A stretch of 56,389 nucleotides of DNA from Clostridiales bacterium (lineage in GTDB: Bacteria > Bacillota > Clostridia > Lachnospirales > Lachnospiraceae). Made by a program: the position numbers and the translations under genes. How positions within the stretch are numbered: the first letter of the stretch is position 1; each line of letters starts with the position of its first letter. Positions 1 through 8,660 of the stretch are shown here, piece by piece. The stretch spans positions 1-56,389 of the forward strand of contig JAQXLK010000156.1 in assembly GCA_029012085.1 (NCBI GenBank), given 5' to 3'. The notes below the pieces were generated by a model. It saw only the letters and a list, made by a program, of their open reading frames with translations. It was not told where the DNA came from and did not search any database.

Positions 1-683
1 TTGGTTGGCTTGTCATATAAGTTCTGAGGTGTATCTACCTGCTGGATGATACCATCCTTCATAACTACGATTCTAGTACCAAGTGTCATAGCCTCTGTCT
101 GGTCATGTGTTACATAGATGATAGTTGTCTGTAATCTCTGATGTAACTTAGAAATCTCAACACGCATCTGTACACGTAACTTAGCATCCAAGTTTGATAA
201 AGGCTCATCCATTAAGAATACCTTAGGCTCACGTACAATTGCACGACCCATAGCTACACGCTGTCTCTGACCACCTGATAAAGCCTTTGGCTTTCTGTCA
301 AGCAAATGCTCGATATCAAGAATCTTAGCAGCTTCATGTACCTGCTTATCAATCTTCTCCTTTGGAACCTTTCTTAACTTAAGACCGAATGCCATGTTAT
401 CATAAACTGACATATGTGGATACAAAGCGTAGTTTTGGAATACCATTGCGATATCTCTATCTTTAGGTTCAACATCGTTAACCATCTTGTCGCCAATCCA
501 TAATTCACCTGAGCTGATTTCCTCAAGACCTGCAATCATACGAAGTGTAGTAGACTTACCACATCCTGATGGTCCTACGAAGATAATAAACTCCTTGTCC
601 TCGATTTCAAGATTGAAATCCTTAACAGCATTAAAACCATTAGGATAAATCTTATAAATATTTTTGAGTGATAAACTAGCCAT
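1..683 (-). CDS. Sugar-type ABC transporter ATP-binding protein (MsmK/UgpC/MalK-like); C-terminal part runs off the window
   Basis: Not in the ORF track because it is open to the window edge. Reverse-strand translation from the ATG at 681-683 gives [16 protein letters not shown]. It contains Walker [15 protein letters not shown] (about 545-590), signature [14 protein letters not shown] (about 245-290) and Walker [12 protein letters not shown]. An AGGAGG RBS lies about 9 nt upstream (693-700). Confidence 0.9.
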   Translation of the reverse strand, partial: MASLSLKNIYKIYPNGFNAVKDFNLEIEDKEFIIFVGPSGCGKSTTLRMIAGLEEISSGELWIGDKMVNDVEPKDRDIAMVFQNYALYPHMSVYDNMAFGLKLRKVPKEKIDKQVHEAAKILDIEHLLDRKPKALSGGQRQRVAMGRAIVREPKVFLMDEPLSNLDAKLRVQMRVEISKLHQRLQTTIIYVTHDQTEAMTLGTRIVVMKDGIIQQVDTPQNLYDKPT

Positions 684-1020
684 TTTTTATTTCCTCCTTG
701 AGTTATATATATTCTGCTGACTAAATCATAGTGATATAATACAACATTTCCCCATTAATGAAAATATTACTATTGAACAAAGAATTTAAATTTTCTTTGT
801 TCAAAATGTCAGAATCAAATTTATCCACATCAAAATGCACATCTCTTTTTCTATTTTATTATTCAAAAATACCTATAAGGCTATTTATCCTCATTTTTTC
901 AATTAAAAAATCGACAAATAATCCTCTGATTATTCATTCGCTTTTGTACATTTAGACTTTTTCACCAAATGTTTTTATCTATTTTGTCTATATTCTATTT
1001 CATTTACAGGTTATTGCATT

Positions 1021-1050
1021 GAAAAAGACAGACCACTATAAGTCTGTCTT
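1021..1050 (-). terminator. Intrinsic terminator overlapping the last codons of the 1036..1785 gene
   Basis: Stem agacagac (1026-1033) pairs with gtctgtct (1042-1049). On the minus strand it is followed by TTTTTC. Confidence 0.6.
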
Positions 1051-1785
1051 TTCTGACTTTTCCTCTTTTTTACGCCGGCGTATCTGAAACTTCATTGCAA
1101 GATTCGCCCAAAATGTCTTCATTCGTCCACCGGTCAGGAACCATTTATACAAGTTATCAATCTTTAGCTTCTGAATTGATTCCGGCACTTCCGCTTCCGT
1201 CACAGCTTTATTATACAAAGTGTCGCCTGTAAATAAAATTATACCTGCGTTCATTTGACTGCGATATTCCTGCAATAAAGTTAACTGTTTCTTTTCCTGC
1301 AATGCTACCAGCAAAATATCCGGAGCTACCGAATTAATCTCATTCACTATATGATCTAAAGACTCTTCCTTTTCTGTCAGATATAACCCACTCAGTGTCA
1401 GCACTGGCCGTTTTTCATGAAAGTTCTCCTGTATGGAGATGAACTTCTCCTCATCTTCTGATACCAAAAGCAGCTCATATCCCATTTCAATGGCATAATC
1501 CAAAATCGAGTCTACATAACTTTCCATAAAAAAGGAGTCTCGCCGATGCCCTAAAACCTGATCAATACTTGCATTTACACTGGTTGTTGCCGGCAAAATC
1601 AATTCACTTTCCTCTACAACCGTTTTCCACTCTTGATTCGCCTGTAAAAGAAGCAGCGTCCCGCTATTTACAAAATAAACAACCCGACTGCCTTCTTCTT
1701 CTATATACTGCTTCGTCAAATCGCTGGCTTCTTTGGTAGATAAAATATCTACCGCAATATCCAGCAGTTGAACTCTATCCTTCAT
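1036..1785 (-). CDS. WecG/TagA/CpsF-family glycosyltransferase-like protein (divergent)
   Basis: 249-aa ORF. Its layout resembles TagA/WecG (VYFVN..., PDILLVAL, GIILFTGD, and a C-terminal basic amphipathic tail KWFLTGGRMKTFWANLAMKFQIRRRKK). The usual catalytic-looking motifs are not obvious by eye. Confidence 0.5.
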   Translation of the reverse strand: MKDRVQLLDIAVDILSTKEASDLTKQYIEEEGSRVVYFVNSGTLLLLQANQEWKTVVEESELILPATTSVNASIDQVLGHRRDSFFMESYVDSILDYAIEMGYELLLVSEDEEKFISIQENFHEKRPVLTLSGLYLTEKEESLDHIVNEINSVAPDILLVALQEKKQLTLLQEYRSQMNAGIILFTGDTLYNKAVTEAEVPESIQKLKIDNLYKWFLTGGRMKTFWANLAMKFQIRRRKKEEKSEKTDL

Positions 1786-1797
1786 ATAATACTCCTA

Positions 1798-2370
1798 TTA
1801 CTGAACAGTCGTATCGTTACTTCCTACTACAATATAAACTTCTACACCATCCAATGATACGCCGGATGATGGGGAATAGCTTCCTGAATCCGGTTTGCCA
1901 ACCTTTATCTCAGCATCCGCAAAATATTCAACTAAATCATTGCCCATGCCTTCTTCTGAAACATAAATTACAGTCTTTGTATTTGCACCAGCTGTATAGT
2001 TACCTGTCACAACCGATTCAAATCCTGCGCCACTTAACTTATTTGCCCAGCGTTTTGCCAATCCCGCTATACTTGTACTATTTAAAACAACAATCTTCTT
2101 ATCCGTAGATGAGATTTCTTCCAGCTCTGTCGTAGGTTCCTCCGTTGTAATCTCCTCCGTAGTCGCCTCTGTGGTAGCCTCCGTCGTTGTTACCTCTGTG
2201 GTAGCCTCTGTCGTTGTCGCTTCTGTCGTCACCTGTTCTTTTTCCTTTTTGTCTGCATTCACACGTACAACAAAAAATACAGCAAAACCAATAATTGTAA
2301 TCCCCATCAACACAACAAAGGAACGCAAAAACGCATCACCAAATACTTTAAGCATTGTCTTTTTATCCAT
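1798..2370 (-). CDS. Membrane-anchored LytR_C (cell envelope-related attenuator C-terminal) domain protein
   Basis: It has an N-terminal TM helix (FVVLMGITIIGFAVFFVV) and a Thr/Glu-rich repeat linker (TTEATTE...). The C-terminal pattern IVVLNSTSIAGLAKRWANKLSGAGF...VYIVVGSND is typical of LytR_C. Confidence 0.7.
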   Translation of the reverse strand: MDKKTMLKVFGDAFLRSFVVLMGITIIGFAVFFVVRVNADKKEKEQVTTEATTTEATTEVTTTEATTEATTEEITTEEPTTELEEISSTDKKIVVLNSTSIAGLAKRWANKLSGAGFESVVTGNYTAGANTKTVIYVSEEGMGNDLVEYFADAEIKVGKPDSGSYSPSSGVSLDGVEVYIVVGSNDTTVQ

Positions 2371-2536
2371 TTTATTTCCTCCTAAACTTCCCTATATCAT
2401 CTTTACCTTTATTCTTCCAGAAAGTCATTACGCAAAAATCCCACGTATTCTGTTAGTATAGCAGAAATATATTTGCATTTCAACCTTTTCATAGTATATA
2501 CTATATTCAAAAACCATTCATTACAGAGGAGGCACT

Positions 2537-3265
2537 ATGAATAAAACCGCTATCATTACAGGCGCTTCCAGCGGTATTGGCAGAGCCTGCGCTATTGAAT
2601 TAGCCAAATATTTTGATTATATTGTCATCAATTCTTTTCACAATAAAACAGAATTAGATAACACCTGCACCGCAGTACAACAGCTGGGTGCCACATGCCT
2701 TACATTTACTGGTGACATTGGTGATTTTGATTTCGTACATCAAATGATGACGGATGTATTGGCCCAATGTCCCCCTGTTGAACTACTCATAAATAACGCA
2801 GGAATCTCTTACGTTGGCTTACTATCCGATATGACCATCGAAGATTGGAACAACATTGTCCGTACCAATCTGACATCCGTATTCAACTGCTGCAACCAAA
2901 TTGTTCCTCATATGGTAAATAACAAATCCGGACATATCATTAACATTTCCTCCATGTGGGGATTAAGCGGCGCATCCTGTGAAGTTGCTTATAGTGCCAC
3001 AAAAGGTGGTGTAAATGCATTCACACAGGGATTAGCAAAAGAACTGGCACCCAGTGGAATACGTGTCAATGCCATTGCCTGTGGTGCAATCAATACCAGG
3101 ATGAACGCCTGCTTTGACCCAGCCGAACTGGCATCTTTATGTGAAGACATTCCTGCCTGCCGTCTCGGCACACCGGAAGAGATTGCTCAGGCGGTCGTTC
3201 ATCTATATCAAAGTCCATTTTATCTCACAGGCGAAATCATAAAAATAGACGGTGGCTATCTGTAA
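2537..3265 (+). CDS. SDR-family oxidoreductase (FabG-like)
   Basis: TGASSGIG cofactor motif, NNAG, catalytic YSATKGG (YxxxK); GGAGG RBS upstream. Confidence 0.9.
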   Translation: MNKTAIITGASSGIGRACAIELAKYFDYIVINSFHNKTELDNTCTAVQQLGATCLTFTGDIGDFDFVHQMMTDVLAQCPPVELLINNAGISYVGLLSDMTIEDWNNIVRTNLTSVFNCCNQIVPHMVNNKSGHIINISSMWGLSGASCEVAYSATKGGVNAFTQGLAKELAPSGIRVNAIACGAINTRMNACFDPAELASLCEDIPACRLGTPEEIAQAVVHLYQSPFYLTGEIIKIDGGYL

Positions 3266-3279
3266 AACCACCGTCTTTT
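3246..3279. terminator. Bidirectional intrinsic terminator between convergent genes
   Basis: Stem agacggtgg (3246-3254) pairs with ccaccgtct (3267-3275). It is flanked by an A-run upstream and a T-run downstream, and sits between the + SDR gene and the - NlpC/P60 gene. Confidence 0.6.
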
Positions 3280-3307
3280 TAATTTCTATATTTGTTTTTA
3301 TAGTTCA

Positions 3308-4063
3308 TTACTTAGATATAGCATATCTTGTAGTAGCATCATTCTGACCATCTTCCGGAACGGAATAAGTCTCTGTCTTAAGAACACGACCAGCACCAAG
3401 TGTTTTTCTATATTTGTAATCAGAAATCGTAATACCTGTTATTTCATTTGAAGCATGCACAACCTTCTCATTACCTATATACAGTGCTACGTGAGAACAA
3501 TTTCTCTTACTGCTGCCATAAAATATCAAATCACCCGGCTTTAACTTCTTCATCGAAACTTTCTTTACTGATTTTGAAGTCATCTGGCTTTGTGAATTAT
3601 GTGGCAGATTATATCCAAACTTCTTATATACTGACATTGTAAATCCTGAACAATCTGTTCCCTTTGTAAGACTAGAACCACCATATACGTACTTGTTACC
3701 AACATACTGTAACGCATAACCAACAACAGCCTTTTGTTCATCGGACATTTCAGAATAATCCGCAACTGATACCTTACATATGTATTTCTTACCATTCACT
3801 TTTGCAGTAACCTTCGCCATACCAACGCCTGTCGAAGTAACACCACCATTTTGGTCGACTTCCACAACATCCTCATTGGATGAAGACCACTTCACATTGC
3901 CTGTTGTATTCAAAACCTGAAGCTGTTCCACTTCGTCTAATCCTAAAACAAGCTTTGACTGATTAAGCTTAACTGCTCCCGCAGCGTCCACTTTTGTTGA
4001 AATCCCTGTTGCTAAACATATTACAAATAAGAATGTGAATAGTAATAAATTTCTATGCTTCAT
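3308..4063 (-). CDS. Secreted NlpC/P60 (C40) cell-wall peptidase with N-terminal Big_2-like Ig domain
   Basis: Signal peptide MKHRNLLLFTFLFVICLATG and a Big_2-like segment (LQVLNTTGNVKWSSSNEDVVEVD). The C40 core is GTDCSGFTMSVYKKFGYNLPHNSQSQ...GDLIFY...SHVALYIGNEKVVHA. Confidence 0.9.
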   Translation of the reverse strand: MKHRNLLLFTFLFVICLATGISTKVDAAGAVKLNQSKLVLGLDEVEQLQVLNTTGNVKWSSSNEDVVEVDQNGGVTSTGVGMAKVTAKVNGKKYICKVSVADYSEMSDEQKAVVGYALQYVGNKYVYGGSSLTKGTDCSGFTMSVYKKFGYNLPHNSQSQMTSKSVKKVSMKKLKPGDLIFYGSSKRNCSHVALYIGNEKVVHASNEITGITISDYKYRKTLGAGRVLKTETYSVPEDGQNDATTRYAISK

Positions 4064-4229
4064 AATAATACTTAATTCCTTCCAAGATTTTATTCCTTTT
4101 CAACATTCTCTATTTTAACATATTTTTTACGGATTTCAAGACTTTTTTGCACATTTTGTAACAATTCTGTAACAAACTTTCATTTTTTTACTCTTTTTTC
4201 TTTAGAAATTGTTAAGAAACCTACACATA

Positions 4230-4709
4230 TTATTCCGGATATACCAGTCGTTCTTCTGTAATACCGGTAAGCACCTCATCATAATATTTCTTTGCAACAT
4301 ACTTTGCCATTCCAAGGTTCATATCCAGATAATTACCACAATCACGAGCTGCTGCTCCCGGCACTTCTCCCTCAAAGTCCTTCATAAAAGCATACATCTC
4401 TGTTACCAACGGCACAACATCCTTTGATGTATAATCGCCTGCTAAGACCATGTAAAAACCTGTACGGCAGCCCATCGGTCCAAAATAAATTACTTTATCT
4501 TTATACTCTGCATGATTACGCAAAAAGGTTGCACCCAAATGCTCCAATGTATGAACCTCCGCAGTATTCATAACCGGTTCAAAGTTAGGTCTTGTCATTC
4601 TCAAATCAAAGGTAGTAATCACCTCACTGCCTACAGTATCCTTACGAGATACATAAACTCCCGGTAACAATGTTAAATGATTTACTGTAAAACTTGCAAT
4701 TTTTTCCAT
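4230..4709 (-). CDS. luxS: S-ribosylhomocysteine lyase LuxS
   Basis: 159 aa; metal-binding HTLEHL motif and conserved GPMGCRTGFY; adjacent to the mtnN/pfs gene. Confidence 0.93.
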   Translation of the reverse strand: MEKIASFTVNHLTLLPGVYVSRKDTVGSEVITTFDLRMTRPNFEPVMNTAEVHTLEHLGATFLRNHAEYKDKVIYFGPMGCRTGFYMVLAGDYTSKDVVPLVTEMYAFMKDFEGEVPGAAARDCGNYLDMNLGMAKYVAKKYYDEVLTGITEERLVYPE

Positions 4710-4749
4710 TCGTCGTCTCCTATCAATATATTTCTTATTCTGTTGCCTT

Positions 4750-5442
4750 TCACAGCCGGCTGCACAATTCTAAAAGTAATTTTACGGAATGTTCAATCGC
4801 CTTTGCTTCAAAAGTCGGATAATCCACACTTGCAGAATCATCTGCCTTATCCGAAATGGCACGGATGATAAGAAATGGCACATTATTCAGATATGCTGCA
4901 TGTGCAATTGCTGCCCCTTCCATTTCTGTACAATAGCCTGCAAAATTCTCCACCAGCCACTTTTTTTTCGCTTTGTCTGAAATAAACTGGTCACCACTTA
5001 CGACTCTTCCCTCAAACACCTTTACCTCCGGATTCACCTTTTCGCATGCTGCCTTAGCAACAGCACGAAGTTTAGCATCCGCCTCAAAAGATAACGTATC
5101 CATGCGTGGAATCTGCCCTACCGGATATCCAAAAGCCACTGCATCCATATCATGCTCTAATGTATCCGTCGAAAGTACGATATCTCCAATATCAATAGAA
5201 GCATTTAATGAACCTGCAATACCTGTGTTGATAATGGCATCTACATGGTATTCATCTATCAGAATCTGCGCACACATAGCTGCATTTACCTTACCAATTC
5301 CGGAACGCACTACAACAACAGGTTGTCCACTTAAAGTTCCCTTAAAAAATTCCATGGCAGCCTTTGTCATAACGTCAACGTTTTGCATCTGCTCCTTGAC
5401 CTTTGCCACCTCTTCATCCATTGCACCAATAATTCCTAACAT
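4750..5442 (-). CDS. mtnN: 5'-methylthioadenosine/S-adenosylhomocysteine nucleosidase
   Basis: 230 aa; MLGIIGAMDEEV start, TGIAGS and TEMEGAAIA motifs typical of Pfs/MtnN. Confidence 0.93.
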   Translation of the reverse strand: MLGIIGAMDEEVAKVKEQMQNVDVMTKAAMEFFKGTLSGQPVVVVRSGIGKVNAAMCAQILIDEYHVDAIINTGIAGSLNASIDIGDIVLSTDTLEHDMDAVAFGYPVGQIPRMDTLSFEADAKLRAVAKAACEKVNPEVKVFEGRVVSGDQFISDKAKKKWLVENFAGYCTEMEGAAIAHAAYLNNVPFLIIRAISDKADDSASVDYPTFEAKAIEHSVKLLLELCSRL

Positions 5443-5468
5443 ATTTTTCCCTCGCTATTTTTTTATAT

Positions 5469-6926
5469 TTATTCCATTGGAATCACTAATTTTACTACAA
5501 AATCTCCTTCTGATTCAAACTTTTGAAACTCACCATGATGAAGCCGCATAATCCGCTCACATGTGATTAAACCAATTTTTGTGCTCTCATGAGGTTCTAA
5601 ATTCGTTCTGATTTTATTTCTGATTTTCAGCACCATATATTGCTGTTCCATATTTGCAGAAACTTCTATCGGTTCATCCTTATCCGCATATTTTCCCAGA
5701 TTCGAAATCAGGTTATTCATTACCCGCTGCATATACTTTACATTTATCATACAATTTCCGGCTTCCTCTGAAACATTATTAATTCCTGCAATCTCATACC
5801 CTTCTTCTTCAAGCCCTAAAAACTGATTATGAATTAAATCTTCCACCAGCATGGCAGCTGGTACAGGTTCCACCTCCAGCTTTTTTTCATTCTCTCCATA
5901 TATAAGAAAATATTCAAACAAATCATCCGATAACTGTTTTATTTCCTGGGACTTCGCTAAAGACAGCTCCAGATAATGTCTGCGTTTTTCCTCATCTGTC
6001 ACGTTCCCCATTGTGAGAATTTCTAAATATCCGGTAAGTGTTGTAAGGGGGGTACGCAGATCATGTGACATGGAAGTTACCAGTTCTTTGTTTCCCTGCA
6101 TCATCTGATATTCCTTCTTCATATTATCTATGATAGAAAGCCGCATTTGTTCGATTCCCTGTGCCAGATTTGCCAGTTCATCTTTGCCTTTGATTGTAAT
6201 TGGGTATTCCAGGTTGCCTCCCTCTAAAATCTGCAATTCTTTCGCGATATTATTAATATATCGAATTTTGCGGTTAATCAGTCTGGTTAAAATAATAACA
6301 AATAAAAATATACCTAACATCAATGCCAGTGCAGAAACATAATATTGATACTTCCAATAATCATAACAGAAAATATCTGCCCTTGCTACACTTCCATCTG
6401 CTAAAAAAAGCTTGTAAAGATAATCTGTCTCATCGCTTTCAAACTCACCAAAGTTCTCCTGTCCTTCTGAACCCGCATCATCAGATTCTGCCTCATCCGC
6501 ATCTTCTTCTGTGGCGTTTTGAGCATCCTCTAGCGTATACATCTCCGTTAAAGGTACCACATATGCATAGTCCGAATTAAAGATAATCTGCTGATCCTTA
6601 TATACAGATAAATATACATAACTGTTCTTCTCTGTCCAATTCTTCAATTCCGCTATATTAGCAGCTGAAATTTCATTATCATTGATATATTCCTGTAAAT
6701 CTTCCAGATACCGTATTTGCCAGGTTTTGTTTACTTCCTGATCATCGAAAACATCTTCTACATAATCCGTTCCAAAATAATAGAACACATAACCAATGAC
6801 TCCTGCAATCATACCGGATAACAGAACACATCCCGCCAAATACCAAGTAAGTTTGGATTTAAATGTATCTTTGAAACTAGACAATCCGATATCCCCTTCC
6901 CCATATATTATGCAGATACTTTGCAT
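5469..6926 (-). CDS. Sensor histidine kinase (two TM helices, HAMP-like region, HisKA, HATPase)
   Basis: H-box SHDLRTPLTTL with a C-terminal ATPase region. The ORF-track start at 7025 lies inside the upstream response-regulator gene. Plausible starts are the ATG at 6926, or the TTG at 6884 that overlaps the regulator stop and has a GGGGAAGGGGA RBS. Confidence 0.85.
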   Translation of the reverse strand: MQSICIIYGEGDIGLSSFKDTFKSKLTWYLAGCVLLSGMIAGVIGYVFYYFGTDYVEDVFDDQEVNKTWQIRYLEDLQEYINDNEISAANIAELKNWTEKNSYVYLSVYKDQQIIFNSDYAYVVPLTEMYTLEDAQNATEEDADEAESDDAGSEGQENFGEFESDETDYLYKLFLADGSVARADIFCYDYWKYQYYVSALALMLGIFLFVIILTRLINRKIRYINNIAKELQILEGGNLEYPITIKGKDELANLAQGIEQMRLSIIDNMKKEYQMMQGNKELVTSMSHDLRTPLTTLTGYLEILTMGNVTDEEKRRHYLELSLAKSQEIKQLSDDLFEYFLIYGENEKKLEVEPVPAAMLVEDLIHNQFLGLEEEGYEIAGINNVSEEAGNCMINVKYMQRVMNNLISNLGKYADKDEPIEVSANMEQQYMVLKIRNKIRTNLEPHESTKIGLITCERIMRLHHGEFQKFESEGDFVVKLVIPME

Positions 6927-7572
6927 TCGGTCCTGTATCTCCAAGCTTTTTACGTATATTCCGAATGTGTACCATAACTGTATTCGTGGAATTTGGCATA
7001 TAGGCTTCTTCCCACACAGCTTCATATATTTCTTTCGCCGTGAAAATATGATTGCGTTCTGTAGCCAGCAGCTTTAATATCCGATATTCAATCTCCGTCA
7101 GGGAAATCTCTTCATCCCCTCTTATTACCTGCTGAAGATTCGTATCCAAAATAAGATCCTGTATTATAATTTTACTATTCTCTGCAGACTCCGTACGATC
7201 TGCCATGCGTGGCCGTTTTAATAATGCTTTTACCCGAAGCAACAGCTCCGTACAGGAAAATTGTTTTATAAGATAATCAACTCCGCCTGCCTCAAATCCT
7301 TCCACCATATCTGACTCCGCTGATTTTGCAGTCAAAAACAACACCGGAACCTCCGCTTTTTCCCGAATCTGTGTACAGGCATCAATACCATTACATTTTG
7401 GCATCATAATGTCCAAAATAACGAGATTCACATCTTCATTGAACATCTTAACTGCTTCCTCACCATTACTGGCAAGAACAATATTAAAACCAGCATCCTC
7501 TAACATAATTCGCAGCATCTCACGAATATCTTTTGCGTCATCTGCCACCAATATTGTTGGTTTTTCCGCCAT
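6877..7572 (-). CDS. OmpR-family response regulator
   Basis: Receiver domain (ILVADD...ILDIMMP...LTAK) plus a winged-helix trans_reg_C (YLHNIWGRGYRIV). The ATG at 7572 is preferred over the GTG at 7584 because of the AAGAGGTGAGG RBS. Confidence 0.9.
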   Translation of the reverse strand: MAEKPTILVADDAKDIREMLRIMLEDAGFNIVLASNGEEAVKMFNEDVNLVILDIMMPKCNGIDACTQIREKAEVPVLFLTAKSAESDMVEGFEAGGVDYLIKQFSCTELLLRVKALLKRPRMADRTESAENSKIIIQDLILDTNLQQVIRGDEEISLTEIEYRILKLLATERNHIFTAKEIYEAVWEEAYMPNSTNTVMVHIRNIRKKLGDTGPNAKYLHNIWGRGYRIV

Positions 7573-7685
7573 ATTTTTCCTCACCTCTTTATCCTTCCAA
7601 AATAGTCTTTCTCAACACTTGCTGCTCTCAAGTATAACAAATTGACCACTGAAAGCCTATCTTTTTTTGAAGAATTAAGAATTCT

Positions 7686-8444
7686 TTATTTTTTAGAAAT
7701 GTTCTTCGAATTCTTTTTCGTTTCCTCAAGCAATTCAAATATATCCGTAAGTTCTTCTACAGACATCTTTGTATAATCCGCCAGCTGTTCTATTGTAGGG
7801 TCTTTTCCCATTTCCTCATTCAGAAGCTTCTTTGCAGCATGAACAAGGCTTACTTTTGCAAGCATTGCCTCCTCTGCTTCCATTTCACCATTTATTTCAG
7901 ATGCATATTTCATAATTCCCTCTTCCACAGCACTTCGTAAAACAGCCTCCACATCCTCACATTTTCCACTACCGCATAGCTGCTGCAAGGATATAAATAG
8001 TGCCATATTTCCTTCCTGCACTAAATCTTCTATATTAAGTTTCGGTGTCAAGTACCCCTTAGCCGATTCTAAAACCTTTGAAAGCCAGCAGCCGGAAAGT
8101 TTACCAATTGCGCTTTCATCACCCTGTAACAGGGCATTATACATCTCGATTTCTTCCGTTCGTGTATATTTAGGAAGTCCCTCTAACTCCTCAAGGTACA
8201 TCTTAAAAACCTGTGACTGCTGTTCATTAAGCTCTGGCTCTGCATCCTCCTGTTCCCCTTCACCTTCTGCTTCCTCTTCATGTGGTGTCAGCAAATATTC
8301 CAACACAATGTTTTCCTGCTCTTTTGAAAGTTCCATATCCTTAAAAAAGGACAAAATATCTTCTTTGGACATGGGTGTCTCTGCCACCTTCATAATTTCA
8401 GACACGCTTTTTACTGTTTCCATAAATGTATTCTGATCTACCAT
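7686..8444 (-). CDS. Sigma-70 (SigA)-like protein with region 1.1/1.2/2.1-2.2/3.0-like segments but no region 2.4 aromatic motif and no region 4
   Basis: 252 aa. VFKMYLEELEGLPKYTRTEEIEMYNALLQGDESA resembles region 1.2. LSKVLESAKGYL...IEDLVQEGNMALFISLQQL resembles regions 2.1-2.2. DPTIEQLADYTKMSVEELTDIFELLEE resembles region 3.0. The ORF ends there. Confidence 0.6.
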   Translation of the reverse strand: MVDQNTFMETVKSVSEIMKVAETPMSKEDILSFFKDMELSKEQENIVLEYLLTPHEEEAEGEGEQEDAEPELNEQQSQVFKMYLEELEGLPKYTRTEEIEMYNALLQGDESAIGKLSGCWLSKVLESAKGYLTPKLNIEDLVQEGNMALFISLQQLCGSGKCEDVEAVLRSAVEEGIMKYASEINGEMEAEEAMLAKVSLVHAAKKLLNEEMGKDPTIEQLADYTKMSVEELTDIFELLEETKKNSKNISKK

Positions 8445-8660
8445 CTTTTCACTCCTGACCTTTACATAATTACTATTGTTTGACTACACATAAAGGGTAT
8501 CTAACATAATAAAAAACATTACATCATTTTCCTTAGTGTTGCAAGAAAAAAAAGATATATTTTTCTCGCTTTTATTTAACATAAAGTGGAATTTTTGCTA
8601 TATTTATGATAGAATATTAGTAAGTATTACCATTCTTAACAGACTAAAAGGAGGCTACAT

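Noticed and set aside
758-955. 65-aa ORF in the AT-rich region upstream of the ABC ATPase gene.
   Set aside because: The translation is low-complexity and rich in Leu, Ile, Phe and Ser, from AT-rich promoter DNA. There is no RBS.
2100-2230. Short tandem DNA repeats (cctctgtggtagcctc.gtcgttgt units). I checked them as a possible CRISPR array or other non-coding repeat.
   Set aside because: They lie inside the LytR_C protein ORF and encode its Thr/Glu-rich TTEATTE linker. There are no spacers of unique sequence.
4973-5551. 192-aa plus-strand ORF.
   Set aside because: It is antisense to mtnN and to the 3' end of the histidine kinase gene, and has no motifs. The sense-strand genes are unambiguous.
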